Of a stretch of 64,000 nucleotides of DNA, positions 1 to 13,668 are shown in pieces. A program made the translations under genes and the position numbers. The stretch's first letter is position 1. Each line of letters begins with the position of its first letter. The notes under the pieces are model-generated. The model searched no databases and was not told the DNA's origin. It worked only from the letters and a program-made list of their open reading frames with translations. This stretch comes from Octopus vulgaris (Eukaryota), in contig OX597826.1 in the NCBI GenBank assembly GCA_951406725.2, forward strand, positions 48,484,001-48,548,000, written 5' to 3'.

Positions 1-152
1 TTGAAATTTTCACAGAAGATAGATATATCTAAATATGTGAAAAATATCTATCTCAACGTTTTGGTAATCTTCTATAGTAAATATTTTAATACACTTGTTC
101 TTTCTGACCTTTATATTATGATCTCTACTGTATGTACACGCACACGCACACA

Positions 153-192
<40 letters not shown>

Positions 193-194
193 TA

Positions 195-1394
195 CAGGTT
201 GCGGTAAATAGATTGTCGTCTAAATTACGTAAAAATGAAAATAATACTGACATCTCATTTTAACAGATACATTTACCAAAATTACATAAATATATCTTGA
301 AATATTAAAGAGTAAATTTATTTAATAAAATCGCCATTGGCTTCAACCATGGTCTTCGGAATCTGCTGCAACACTTTGCCTTCAGTTCATCATTGGTGTT
401 ACAAAGAGTTTTGATGGGGGTCCTACTCAACTGGGACCCACACAAGAGGGTTACACTGTAGGGAATTAGGTGGCCAGATGTTAGGGGTGGTGTGGTCGCA
501 GAAATTGTCTGACAGCCACGACTGGTTTCTCCTGCTTGTGTGGCATGGTGCAGAGTCCTGTTGCCAGATATAGGCGCTTCCAGCAACTACACTCTTCACC
601 GAGGGCAGCACTACCTCCTCCAGGCACTTGATGTTGAGTCTGACCCCATGTGGGAAGATGAATGGAGGCATAATGTCGCCATACACAATGATGTTGACTA
701 GCTGTTTGATTTTTATCACTCTTGGTATGTTTTAAGGACACGGCAAGCCAATAACTGTTCAGTGTGTTCACTATCTGATCCTAAAAGAAATGTTTCTCAT
801 CTGAGAAAAACCAACGCATGTTCGGTTGAAAGGGATGGTTGAGTTTGTTCAAAAATTTCCTAGCGCTGTCTTTCCTCTTGTCCCTGATAACTTGGGATTA
901 AAATTGGCCCTTTCTCATCTTGTATGAGAAATACCAAATGTTTTCATGCACTAACTGCCTGATAAGAAACTCAGATACCCCCATGTCACTGCAATGGAGC
1001 TGGTTGGCTTGGAGGGATCGTTGTGAATCATGGCCCGGATCTCACTAACAAATTTAGGAGTTCTTTTCTTATCAGAACGATCAGAGTGAGTTTTCCAAGC
1101 CTTCGTAATCACCATCAGACTCATCCAGGTCTTTCCGAATGCTCTGCACTGTCTTCAGATTGATACCCAAATACTCTGAAATGTTTGTATTGGAGCATCC
1201 AGTGCAAATGCCAAGCAGTAAATCAAGTTGTTTCCAAATTTCTGGCAGAGTGTATTGCGTCATGGTGCTGTTTTTCTCACAGACGGTGCCCAACTGATCC
1301 TATTATACTGTGTAGTCGATAAAATCAGAAACAAACAGTGCGCATGGGCGATATTAAAAATATAAAATGTCTACAATTTATCCATCGCACCCTA
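195..1394 (-). mobile_element. Decayed Tc1/mariner transposon, DD37D (maT)-type
   Basis: Imperfect TIRs (TA-caggttgcggtaaatagattgtc / acaatttatccatcgcaccc-TA). Minus-strand relics WFFSDEK (~795-815) and YIWQQDSAPCH...WPPNSLQCNPL; 37 residues follow the second D before the expected third D. Frameshifted. Confidence 0.8.
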
Positions 1395-1407
1395 TATATA
1401 TACGTAT

Positions 1408-1525
<118 letters not shown>

Positions 1526-1675
1526 GTGTGTATGTATTTATATATCCATATATATGTCGGTACACAGGTAAGCTTATATACATTACTTTTCTTTTACTTG
1601 ATTCAGTCATTTGACTGCGGCCATGCTAGAGCACCACCTATGTATAATATATAAATATCATCTGTATATATATAT

Positions 1676-1729
<54 letters not shown>

Positions 1730-1810
1730 TATGTATGTATGTATGAAGGTTAAATATATGTGGTAGACACATATATGCAAATATTTGTTACATGTATACA
1801 CATATAATAT

Positions 1811-1910
<100 letters not shown>

Positions 1911-1947
1911 GGAATACCCGTATATATTTAAATGTATATATATATAA

Positions 1948-2889
1948 TCTGTATATATATAAGGCAGGATGTGTGTGTGCGTGATTGTAATTTATGCACG
2001 TCCACAAATTAGCACTCATGTCGCTCCAAGTTTAGGAGGGCATTCGTCAACATCCTACCTGGGTTTTGCCAACTTATTTTTTTCCGAGGCACCCGCGGAT
2101 ACAGGTAAAAATCTATTTTCAGTTATAGCTTTCACCTATTTTGAAGGTTGCTAACATGAGTTAAGTCCCTTCTAGCCATAGCCAAGTGAAAGTGTGTGTC
2201 TGAGGGAGAGAGAGAAGTTGTGTGTTGATGTATGTGTGTGTGTGGGCGGGGAGAGTGTTTCGCAACATCTAACAAAAATAGCAAAGAAAAATTGTGTGCA
2301 AGGAAGAGTGGGAGATCAGCGTCTAATAAAAAAACAAGGTAAAGACAAAGTGAGGGAGAGAGAGGGAGAGTAAGTCACAGCGTTCATAAAAAATAAAATG
2401 TTTTGTTTTGTTTTTTATTAAACACGAGATATAGTGTTCAAATTTTGGATGTTTTTGAAAGACACTATATTTTATAATCAGAGTATATATACTTTCTCAC
2501 ACAGCAATTACAATATACCTATTTTAAATCATTTATTTATTTTAAATCATTCATCTTTCTTCCTCCCTCTCGCTCACACATATATTACTTTGGGTGCGAA
2601 AGAGTTTTGTTTTCATTTTACACCGAGTAAAAAAAGTGTTTTGTTGAGAATCCATTTATTTAACATATTAGCACTGCCTTTCAAATATATCATGAACATT
2701 ATAAACACCTGACAGCAGAGTCTTCAAGCATATAACAAAAGTTATCTTTATTTCCTTAAATAACCCTACCAATTTCAACGGATTTCGCCCAAATTTAACG
2801 TCGATATTACTTAGTTTGGTTTGAAATAAAGAACCTCACTAGCTTAATAATCGTAACTTAATCCCGGGCAAGGCCGGGTTATACTGCTA

Positions 2890-2890
<1 letters not shown>
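1948..2890 (+). mobile_element. Non-autonomous Helitron
   Basis: 5' A|TC(tgtatatatataaggcagg); subterminal hairpin cccgg-gcaagg-ccggg (2863-2878) followed by CTAG|T at 2887-2891; no ORF. Confidence 0.7.
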
Positions 2891-3439
<549 letters not shown>

Positions 3440-4037
3440 GCGTGTGTGTATGTGCACGCGTTCGTGTGTGAATCTGTGTAATGTATGCTACTGCGTTATT
3501 ATGGATTTGTTCGATTTTCCAATTGTAACTATTTTTGGGAAAAAGAAAAACCTATTAATTATAAAAATTTTTTCAAAATTCCTGCCTTGCCTCCAATTGG
3601 TCTTTTGAGACCCTTACATAACAGCATGTTCTCTCTCTCCCTCTCTTTTTCCCTTACTCCCCCTTTCCCTCCTCTCTCTTGCTCATGCGCACATACAGAC
3701 ACACACACACACACATTTAGATACTCTATGAAGATCCAACCATCAGACAGCTAAACACAGTCAATGAAGCACACGCCAATTCATTGCTAGTGAATTTATA
3801 TCAGAATTTAGCAGTGTGTCTGTGTGTCTGTGGTGGAAAAAGCCACTGCTTCTGTTATTGTGCAGTCAATAACTGAAGCACTTACATTGGTTTGGCAGTG
3901 ATCGTGTGGAGAAGTTGAAGATCTATACTTTTTGAATTGAACACATGCACACACATCTCACAAGTACACATTATACGTGTGCACTTATAAGTATAGAACA
4001 CACGCAGCTATAAAGATAAGCATTTATTTAGAGAGAT

Positions 4038-4428
4038 AGGAGTGGTAGGAGTAGCTGTGTGGTAAGTATCTTACTTACCAACCACATGGTTCCGGGTTCA
4101 GTCCCATTGCGTGGCACCTTCTACTATAGCCTCGGGCTGACCAAAGCTTTGTAAGTAGATTTGGTAGACGGAAACGGAAAGAAGCCCGTCGTATGTATAT
4201 ATATATATATATATACATATGTGTGTGTGTATGTTTGTGTGTCTGTGTTTGTCCCCCCAACATCGCTTGACAACCGATGCTGGTGTGTTTACATCCCCGT
4301 AACTTAGCGGTTCGGCAAAAGATACCGATAGAATAAGTACTAGGCTTACAAAGAATAAGTCCTGGTGTCGATTTGCTCGACTAAAGGCGGTGATCCAGCA
4401 TGGCTGAAACAAGTAAAAGAGTAAAAGA
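4038..4428 (+). mobile_element. SINE family A, full length
   Basis: Same head, internal (TA)n(TG)n and aagtaaaagagtaaaaga tail. Confidence 0.9.
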
Positions 4429-4545
4429 ATATATATATATAGTTATTTTGGGGGATAATCATTTTTGTGAGGTCAATTAATCACACGCACTATATATACT
4501 CGTTCTTCACTTCAGCTTATTATTATTATTATTTTAGTGTGGTTT

Positions 4546-4588
4546 GTCTGAAATCTTTCGTCACACATCCTGTGACATCTTCAGCGAC
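4546..4588 (-). ncRNA. Minimal hammerhead ribozyme motif in a PLE-type terminal repeat
   Basis: Reverse complement: gtcg-CTGAAGA-t-gtcac(aggatgt)gtgac-GAAA-gatt-TC-agac; homologous to 6848-6890. Confidence 0.7.
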
Positions 4589-4867
4589 TCTCCATCCCAT
4601 GTGTTTCCTCCTGTTCTCAAACGTGTGTGTGTGTATATATATATATGTATGTGTGTGTATGTACGTATGTATGTATTTATGTATACACATATATATATGT
4701 TTGTATGTCAACAACGTCCTTTTCACCACTTCTTTTCCATATACGTGTGTGCGTATGGAAAGGGCGTGAAATATATTTTTTTTAAAATTATTTCACGTTC
4801 TCTCGAAAGTTTATAAATTCTTATGTCGTCAACAACATACAATTTTCGTTGGTAAGACTAAAGTTTC

Positions 4868-4990
4868 ATAAATGGCTAGAGAAGCTCGGTGACTGTACGT
4901 GGGTCTTGAACCCATATACCTTGGATACATGACAGAACGCTTGTCATGTCTACCAGGTAATATGCGTTCAAGTACCACGAACAGCGTCTG
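4868..4990. repeat. Imperfect inverted repeat with B-box-like GTTCAAG on both arms
   Basis: cgtgggtcttgaacccatatacct..tacatgaca / tgtcatgt..ggtaatatgcgttcaagtaccacg; weaker pairing may extend to ~4780-5085. Confidence 0.65.
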
Positions 4991-5159
4991 ACATTTTTCT
5001 AACTCTGAGGTTTTTAAAACCCAATATTTACATGCTAATAGTTATAGAGTTACGTGCTTCGAGATCCAGTAAACCAAAAATATACGATGATGCACACAAC
5101 ACACACACATATACACACGTATACATACACACCCACACACTCGTGTTTGTGTGTGTGTA

Positions 5160-6415
5160 TTGAGTTGAGAAATATTTCATGTGCATTTTTTACAAATTTA
5201 TTTTAAACAAAAAAACTACAACAAATTAACCAATAATATACTCTCCATTGTTGTTTACGACTTCCTCCCATCGTTCAATAAGTTTTTCAATGCCTTGGCA
5301 ATGTAAATCCCTCAGTCTTGACTCAAAGAATTTGTCCAACCAAACCCTCAATTCCATGTCATTATTGAACGATACACGGCGCAAAGCCTTCGAAAGCGGT
5401 TGAAAGAGATGAAAATCTGACGGCACCAAGTCTGGAGAGTATGGAGGATGAGACAGCATTTCCCATTCGAGTTCTTGAATCGTGGCTTTGGTCATATTGG
5501 TGATGTGAGGACGTGGGGTTGTCGTGTTGCAGAAGAACGCCTTTTAGCCTATTCAGTCTTTTTTGCTGAACTGCTTCATTGAGTCGCTGCAGTTGTGGAA
5601 CGTAGAGCTCCACTTCAAGTGTTTGGTTGCACTCAAGCAGTTCGTGATGAATTATACCTTCCCAGTCCCACCATACACACAACATGGTCTTTCGAGGATG
5701 AAAGTCTTGTTTTGATCGCTGAGTCGCTTGCGGAATCTTTTCGCTGCTTCATATTGATGTATATGCACAATTTTTCATCGTCAGTGACAATGCGTTAAAG
5801 AAAACATTGTCTGTGACTATGTGTTGAGCGATAACGAGCGAGAAAACTGGCGGCGATTGTGGAGTGTTAACTTTTATTGTTTTTGCTCAAAGTGTATGGC
5901 ACTCAAGCACCGAGTTTCTGAACCTTGCCCATTGAGTGAAGGTGGTTCACCTCAGTTTTTTTTATTTATTTATCACAATCTATCTGCTCCGTCAATTCTC
6001 TGGTCGTTTGACGTAGATTTTCGTGAAGAAGCTGATTTAATCGCTCTTCATTGAGCTTAATTAGTCAACCGGTGTGGATCCGTCCTTGGGGTCAAATTTC
6101 TCATTTTCGAAACGCAAAATCCAATGGTGGGCAGTACTTTGAGGCATTGCTCATTCTCCATACACAGCACAAATCTAACGAGCATCTTCGGCGCCCTTAA
6201 GACCTCTATTTAAGGCAAAAAGCAAATGGTGTCGAAAATGCTCAGTTTTGTCCACTTGACATTCCATTTTAATGGTCTAAAAATACACAAAAAATCAAAA
6301 TAGAAGAAAATAATCTCTTTTAAATGACATTAAACATTTTGCCCATGCACTTTATTTCTGCGTGCATTTTTAAATTTGAAAAAAGAAAACGCTCAGGCAT
6401 TATTCTTCAACCCAA
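5160..6415 (-). mobile_element. Full-length (~1.26 kb) decayed mariner (DD34D) transposon
   Basis: TIRs ttgagttgagaaata / tattcttcaacccaa with TA flanks; motifs IVTDDEK, MLCVWWDWEGIIHHELL, HDN, HPPYSPDLVPSDFHLF; frameshifts. Confidence 0.92.
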
Positions 6416-6447
6416 TATATATATATATGCACATGCACATGCATACA

Positions 6448-6594
6448 TATATGATGGGTTTTAACACTGCTTTGGCCATATCCACTCTCAAGGATTTGGT
6501 AAGCCCAGAGCTATAGTAGAAAACGCTTGGCCAAGATGCTGCACGCTGGGACAGAACTCCAGACCACATGGCTGGGAAGCAAACTGCTTCACGA
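6448..6594 (-). mobile_element. SINE family A, diverged 5' half
   Basis: Similarity to the SINE A head. Confidence 0.7.
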
Positions 6595-6847
6595 CATGTA
6601 TGTATGTTGGTATGCATATGTGTATGTGTGTGTGCATAGGTATGTGCCTGTATTACAGAGATTTATACATATACAGATATGTATTTTTGTATGTATGTAT
6701 GTATGTATGTATGTATATACATATGTGTGTGTGTATGCATGTATGTAAGTATTATGAATATAAGCATATATAAATACGTGTGTGTATGTATATATGTACA
6801 TATATACATATATAGAAGAACAGTATGGAGTAAGTGGAGCAAAAAGT

Positions 6848-6890
6848 GTCGCTGAAGAGGTCACAGATGTGTGATGAAAAATTTCCGGAC
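6848..6890 (+). ncRNA. Minimal hammerhead ribozyme motif
   Basis: gtcg-CTGAAGA-ggtcac(agatgt)gtgat-GAAA-aatt-TC-cggac; stem III region palindromic (AAATTT). Confidence 0.7.
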
Positions 6891-7020
6891 AATGGGCATA
6901 AGATAAAATAATAAAATAAGAATAGAAACAAACGAGTGAAGAAATATATTTATATTTATATTTATAGTGCGTATGCTCATTTGGCAAAAAAAATGACCTT
7001 CCTGAAATACAATATATACA

Positions 7021-7169
<149 letters not shown>

Positions 7170-7341
7170 GTATATAGATATGGCGTGGAGTGCTTGAGTA
7201 AGTGAGTGCATGTATATTGTGTACTGCGACATGGAAGTGTACCTTTACAAATATTTCAGACGATATCGGAATTCAGAGAAGGGATAATGCATTCGCATCC
7301 ATGCAAGAACGATGCTGGTAAACATTAGTAATGTAGCACTC

Positions 7342-7399
<58 letters not shown>

Positions 7400-7799
7400 A
7401 CTGTGGACACGATTTGTATTGAAGGACAGAGGTACACAATGTATACAGGTTGAGGAACAGAGCAATATTAAGAATTATCAAAATTGAATTAACATAAAGG
7501 AGGAGTCAAGTTGGGTTACTTTAACACTAGAATTCGATGAGAGTTTCTCACACGTGAATGCTTGTGTATATTTGGTGCTAGTGATAGTGTGCGTATGTGA
7601 ATTTATGTACATGGACATAGATACGTAAGAATGAGAATCGGTGTTTCTTGGTGTACTAGTGCGTACATATGCGTACGTGCGAGTGGATAGACTAGGGGTC
7701 ACAGTGTGGCATGATAATCGTTCGGGACATTATTTTTAGCACTAGTTAACCCAGAAAATAACACTGGTTACTTGCTAATATAAAATATCAGTCGAAAGT

Positions 7800-8520
7800 G
7801 AGCAAAAAGTAATTCTTTTTGGATGTTATTTGAAAGAATATGGTGGGCCTCATTGGTACATAAATTGCAGGAACGATGTTTCCGTTGTAGTATTTGGCCG
7901 TGGATATCATTTTCCAACTTGATCTACAATTAATATTAGAGTTCTTAAGCTCCCTGATGTGCTTCGTTAGTGAGATGCCATTGCTTTGAATTGGATTATG
8001 TAAGAAGCGACTGTGCTTGTAGATCCGATCTTCATGGGGTTGGGGTGCTCTTTTAAATTTAGTATAATGTTTTAGTTTTAGTTTTCCTTATATTCTATCT
8101 TTTGCATGTTGTTTATATTTTAAAGCAAACTGTTTTTGTAAACATACTTATTTCTTCGAAAAGTACGCGGCATCATAGCTGTGTCATTTTGTGTATTAAT
8201 TGATTGTTTTATTTTCTAAGGGCGGTGAATCTTAGTTCTGTTTCGTCCTCTTCATTTAACTTCGTTATATTCCCGAGGAGAATATATCACTATTGTTTTG
8301 AAAAAACGTGTCCGTATTCGTTGCTTTATGTTGAGCCCCCTTTTTGAGAGTTTTGTTTTATGCTCCTTCCGTGATTTTTGCAACAGTTTATGGGTTTTCA
8401 TCTGTAACTTTTTCTTTCTTCTTGATTGTATAATGATGTGGTACTATTGATGAGAGTTTTCCTCAGCTATTTCTAATTCTAGGTATTTGAGAGTTTTAGC
8501 TTATGCAGAGTTATTTCAGT
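7800..8520 (-). mobile_element. Highly decayed Penelope-like element remnant
   Basis: Minus-strand relic SWKMISTAK..CNLCTNEAHHILS (~7830-7930) resembles the C-terminal part of the GIY-YIG relic at 59390-59800. Confidence 0.45.
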
Positions 8521-8550
8521 TAATCTTCATCAGTCTCCTTCTTTTTCTTT

Positions 8551-8763
8551 ACTCTTCTACTCTTTTACTTGTTTCAGTCATTTAACTGCGACCATGCTGG
8601 AGCACCGCCTTTAGTCGAGCAAATCGACCCCAGAGCTTATTCTTTATAAGCCTAGTGCTTTTTCTATCGGTCTCTCTTGCCGAATCGCTAGGTTACGGGA
8701 ACGTAAACACACCAGCATCAGTTGTCAAGCGATGCTGGGGGGGACATACACACACACACATAT

Positions 8764-8814
<51 letters not shown>

Positions 8815-9007
8815 CATATATATATATATATATATACAAATATACGACGGGCTTCTTCCAGTTTCCGTCTACCAAATCTATTCACAAGGCTTTGGTCGGC
8901 CCGAGGCTATAGTAGAAGACACTTGCCCAAGGTGCCATGCAGTGGGACTGAACTCGAGACCATGTGGTTGGTAAGCAAGCTACTTACCACACAGCCACTC
9001 CTGCGCC
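8551..9007 (-). mobile_element. SINE family A, full length
   Basis: Head, internal (CA)n(TA)n and tail present. Confidence 0.9.
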
Positions 9008-9678
9008 TGAACGCGGCGTGGCGACGGCCACCGCGAGGCTCCGGGCAGCGTTCGCGGTCGTTGGCGCTACAGCGCGGCCGAAGCCGGAGACATCGAACCT
9101 GCCGGTTCGTACCACTTGCTCAAATTCTTCAGAACAATCAGCTCTTAGACGATTCTTACTACGACGAGTACAGCAAGAAATCTTTTTTTTCTCTCGTCAT
9201 TAATCTCTTGCCTTCTCGGCGCTCTTAACTGTGCACAGTTCAAGCATGACATTGTGGTTTTCGTGAATCATTAGGACTTGCGAATATAGTTTGGCACTTC
9301 CTGGCCACATGTCATCTCTCCTTTTTTTTTGTTCCAAACGTTAGCAACAAAAACTTATCCAGATATCAGAACACCTTTATATTATGTGTTTGAAATGTAT
9401 TTCTTTCTTCTTCCTTTTTTCATAATCGTTCAACAAGCGGAAACGAGAAGCATGAAATAACAGTTTGCGAAGTTTCAAACCCGACCACTAAACACACTTG
9501 CACATACATCATCATTGTCATCCCCACCCCTACCATCATCAACACCACCCTCACTGTCATCATCATAATCGTTATCGTCGTCATCAGTATCAACATCATT
9601 GACATCATCATCGTCTCCCTAAAACATTAACAATACGTCTTCTTTCTCAGTCTATAATCACACTCCTTCTTCTCCACT

Positions 9679-9721
<43 letters not shown>

Positions 9722-9758
9722 GCAACTACTACTACTACTACTACTGCAACTACTACTA

Positions 9759-9794
<36 letters not shown>

Positions 9795-9814
9795 CTACTA
9801 TCACCGCTGGTACA

Positions 9815-10045
9815 TATTTCTTTACTACCCACAAGGGGCTAAACACAGAGGGGACAAACAAGGACAGACAGGCGGATTAAGTCGATTATATCGACCCCAG
9901 TGTGTAACTGGTACTTAATTTGTCGACCCCGAAAGGATGAAAGGCAAAGTCGACCTCGGCGGAAATTGAACTCACACCGTAACGGCAGACGAAATACCGC
10001 TTGGTATTTCGCCCGACGTGCTAACGATTCTGCCAGCTCGCCGCC
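9815..10045 (-). mobile_element. SINE family B (tRNA-like head, core gcctttcatcctttcggggtcgataaattaagtaccag)
   Basis: Repeated >10 times in the window; core resembles the Meta/MESC-type conserved SINE domain (from memory, unverified). Confidence 0.85.
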
Positions 10046-11038
10046 TACACACTGCTACTACTCCCAGTCACCTCTCATTGCACCCACGACTACCAACCAA
10101 CCAGCCAGCCAGCCAGCCAACTAACCAACCAACCAACCAACCACAATCTAAATTTATTTAGTCTTTTAAAATCTGTCATCTTCGTTGGAATGCTAAGTGC
10201 TGACAATTTTCCGACTTATCAATAAAGCTCTTTACCAATTAGGCTGTTAATTGTCCACCCTGCAAAAGTTGGACATATTCTCATGCTAGATAAAACACTC
10301 CTCTTACAGAAATGTGTTAAGAACCAACCATTTTCATCAGGACGAAAACGAAAGCGAAAAAGGAAACAACAACAACCAAAGACATAAAAAAAAAGGTTAA
10401 AAAGGAGAGGGAAAAAAAAACGAAGGAAAAGAAGAGCAAGATTGGAAAGGAAAGAAAGGAAGATTTATTGATGGAGAATTTTGCTAGTTTTTGTGCCGTT
10501 TTTAATTTACGTTGGAATAATTTCTGTCATGGATTGCACAAGCTTTTAAATTTTTCTCTCTGACAGCAGCTAATGTTTGGTGATTAGCAGAAGTCATGGC
10601 TAACATTTAGCAGACTATCTAAACTTGTCTCAGAGATTTCATCAACAGATGATCTTGGCAAAAATTTGCTTTAAAGAATGCACAAATAAGTTCAGACAAA
10701 GGACTATTTCCTATTCCTCGCTATATATTTACACGTTATTGCTATAGCTTTGTTGATTTTCCTTAGAATACCAAATCTAGTTCCAACCGTTCTCTATTGC
10801 TTTAAATTAATCATCGTAATATCAAATATATAAAAAATACACCCACCCCCCACCCACCCGACTGAGTGCCAAACGCTAAATAATGGTAAACACCGATCAT
10901 TCTACAAAACATTTACACCTACTCAATCATGGAAGGTAAAAATAAATAACTTTTTTCGTTTTGCTGACAATGTATGTTTGAGAAAATACTTTGCCATCAA
11001 CGGTTGGGTCGTATCTGCCATTATTCACAGCTTGATTA

Positions 11039-11071
<33 letters not shown>

Positions 11072-11117
11072 AGCATGTATGTGTGTGTATATATATGTGT
11101 GTGTATGTACATATTTA

Positions 11118-11153
<36 letters not shown>

Positions 11154-11189
11154 TATACACACATATATAAGTCCGTGCGGTGTGCGCGC

Positions 11190-11240
<51 letters not shown>

Positions 11241-11519
11241 TGTATGTATGCATGTATGTATATATAAACATTGATAATGCAGCTAGTGCCGTTCTACGTT
11301 TGTATATATGTTATATTCCAGCATTTTAATCTAAGTCAGTTTCAAGTGTGTATGTTATTCTCTGTGTGTGTGTACATACATACTAAATATGCATATACTT
11401 ATATATAACTATGTTTATATATGTGTGTGTCTTTGCCTTTATATATAAACATGCCCATGTGTGTGTGTGTGTGTGTGTGTGTGTGACTATAATAAATATA
11501 TGCATGCGTATGGCTTATA

Positions 11520-11690
11520 TATATTCTGTTATAAAAGTAAAAATAAAAAACGAGAGAAGACATCATAGGAAGAACAAGTTTTAACAAAGGTCTATTAGTT
11601 TAATGCTTAAATGGAAGTTACAAGTTTAGACGTTTCGAGCACAAGTCCACCAACAAAAGAAAAATCTAGTATTGGAAGAGAATAATAGAG
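11520..11690 (-). mobile_element. PLE-type 3' terminal fragment with degenerate hammerhead
   Basis: Reverse complement ...gtgctcGAAACGTC...; similar to 38085-38346 and 62790-62993. Confidence 0.5.
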
Positions 11691-12030
11691 AAAGAACTTG
11701 CTTCCCAATCATGTGGTCTCAAGTTTAGTCCCACAGTGTGGTACTTTGGAGAAGTTTTTTTTATTATAGCAACGGAATAATCAAAGCATTATGAATGGAT
11801 TTGGTTCATGGAAACTGAAATAAGCCCATTGTGTTATGTATGTATGAATATAATAACAAACATTGGAAGAATGGATTTAGCAGATCATTTTAATGCATCA
11901 TTAACAATCGTTTCATCATAGGCAAATATAACCAATTTTTGTAACTTTGTTGTCGACTATAATTGCTTTGTGTGGTAAGCATAGGGTTATATATCCCAGT
12001 TTCCCTGATATGTATGTGCATATATGTATA

Positions 12031-12368
12031 CCGTATTCGATAGTCTATAAGATGCACGAGTGCATAGAACGCACCCTAGCCTAGGCTATACTTTTATAAA
12101 ATAAATTACCATTAAAATAATGTTTTAATTCCTCCACTTACCTGTATAACTTTATGCTATTACCGGTAATTGTAGGCAATTTATTGCATCCACATTTGAT
12201 ATAAACATACCGTAGGCGATTGTTCACCAATATATGGCAGCACACATTTTGTAAACATACATACCGTTTTGAGCGAGTTTTGAGCTTACATTGAGTGCAT
12301 TGGCCGCAAGGGATTTTAAAGACATTTTGGGGTTAAAAAAGGTGCGTATTATAGGCCAACAAACATGG
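12031..12368. mobile_element. pogo/Tc2-type MITE
   Basis: TA-ccgtattcgatagtctataagatgcac ... gtgcgtattataggccaacaaacatgg-TA imperfect TIRs; non-coding. Confidence 0.7.
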
Positions 12369-12419
12369 TATATATATATATATACATACATACATACATA
12401 CATATATATATATCACCAA

Positions 12420-12888
12420 CATCATCATCACCAGCATTTAATCTCCATTGTCTATAGTTGTTATAACATAGTTATTATTATTGTTCATATAGACTTGTGT
12501 GAGAAGTTTTTTATATACATGGGTTGGATGGTCAGATCTGGGTTGGATAGAACTGCACCACACTCAAGTCTGATTTGGCATGGTTTCTCCGGCTTGATGC
12601 CCTTCCTAACACTAACCACTTTACAGAGTATACTAGGTGCTTCTACATGGTACTGCAAGGGTGCTCTTACATGTCGTCACATGGGTACTTTTATATGACA
12701 GTGTACGGCCGCTTTTACGTGGAACCTCCATGAGTGCTTTACACCACCAGCAGGATCGGTCTTCACACTTCTGCCGTGGGTTACCGGTCTTCTTGAGTAC
12801 GGCCAGGTCATCTTGGTACTTTGTCATCTCGCCTGAAAGGTTCAGCTGCCTGAGGTCGTTCTTCAGTACTTCATCCCATGTCTTCTTG
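12420..12888 (-). mobile_element. RTE-clade LINE 3' end
   Basis: [26 protein letters not shown]-terminal relic, then 3' UTR and (GAT)n tail. Confidence 0.75.
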
Positions 12889-12909
12889 TGTGTGTGTATA
12901 CATACATAC

Positions 12910-12978
<69 letters not shown>

Positions 12979-13116
12979 TGTATGTATGTATGTATGTATG
13001 TATGTATGTATGTATGTATGTATGAATATATGTATATATAAGCTATGTGTATCTTTGACTTGACAACATGTGATGCTTGTAAACGAACAGCACTATCATA
13101 GAAGCAATATTGTTAA

Positions 13117-13668
13117 GGCGGCGAGCTGGCAGAAACGTCAGCACGCCGGGCGAAATGCTTAGCGGCATTTTGTCTGCGGTTACGTTCTGAGTTCAAATTC
13201 CGCCGAGGTCGACTTCACCTTTCATCCTTTCGGGGTCGATAAATTAAGTACCAGTTATGCACTGGGGTTGATGTAATCGACTTAATCCGTTTGTCCCCGC
13301 TATGTGGGCAATAAAGAAATAAGAAATGTTAGCATGCCGGCCGAAATGCTTATCAGTATTTCGTCTGTCTTTATGGGGTCGATAAATTAAGTACCAGTTA
13401 TGCACTGGGTTGATGTAATCGACTTAATCCGTTTGTCCCCTCTATGTGGGCAATAAAGACATAAGAAATGTTAGCATGCCGGCCGAAATGCTTATCAGTA
13501 TTTCGTCTGTCTTTACGTTCTGAGTTCAAATTCCACCGAGGTCGACTTTGCCTTTCATCCTTTTGGGGTCACTAAATTAATTACCAGTTGCGTACTGGCG
13601 TCGATTTAATCGTCTGCCTACCCCCGCAAAAAACATTTCGGGCCTTGTGCTTAGAGCAGAAAAGAATA
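13117..13668 (+). mobile_element. SINE family B cluster with internal ~125-bp tandem duplication
   Basis: ggggtcgataaattaagtaccag...cagtatttcgtctgtcttta repeated at ~13232 and ~13375. Confidence 0.85.
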
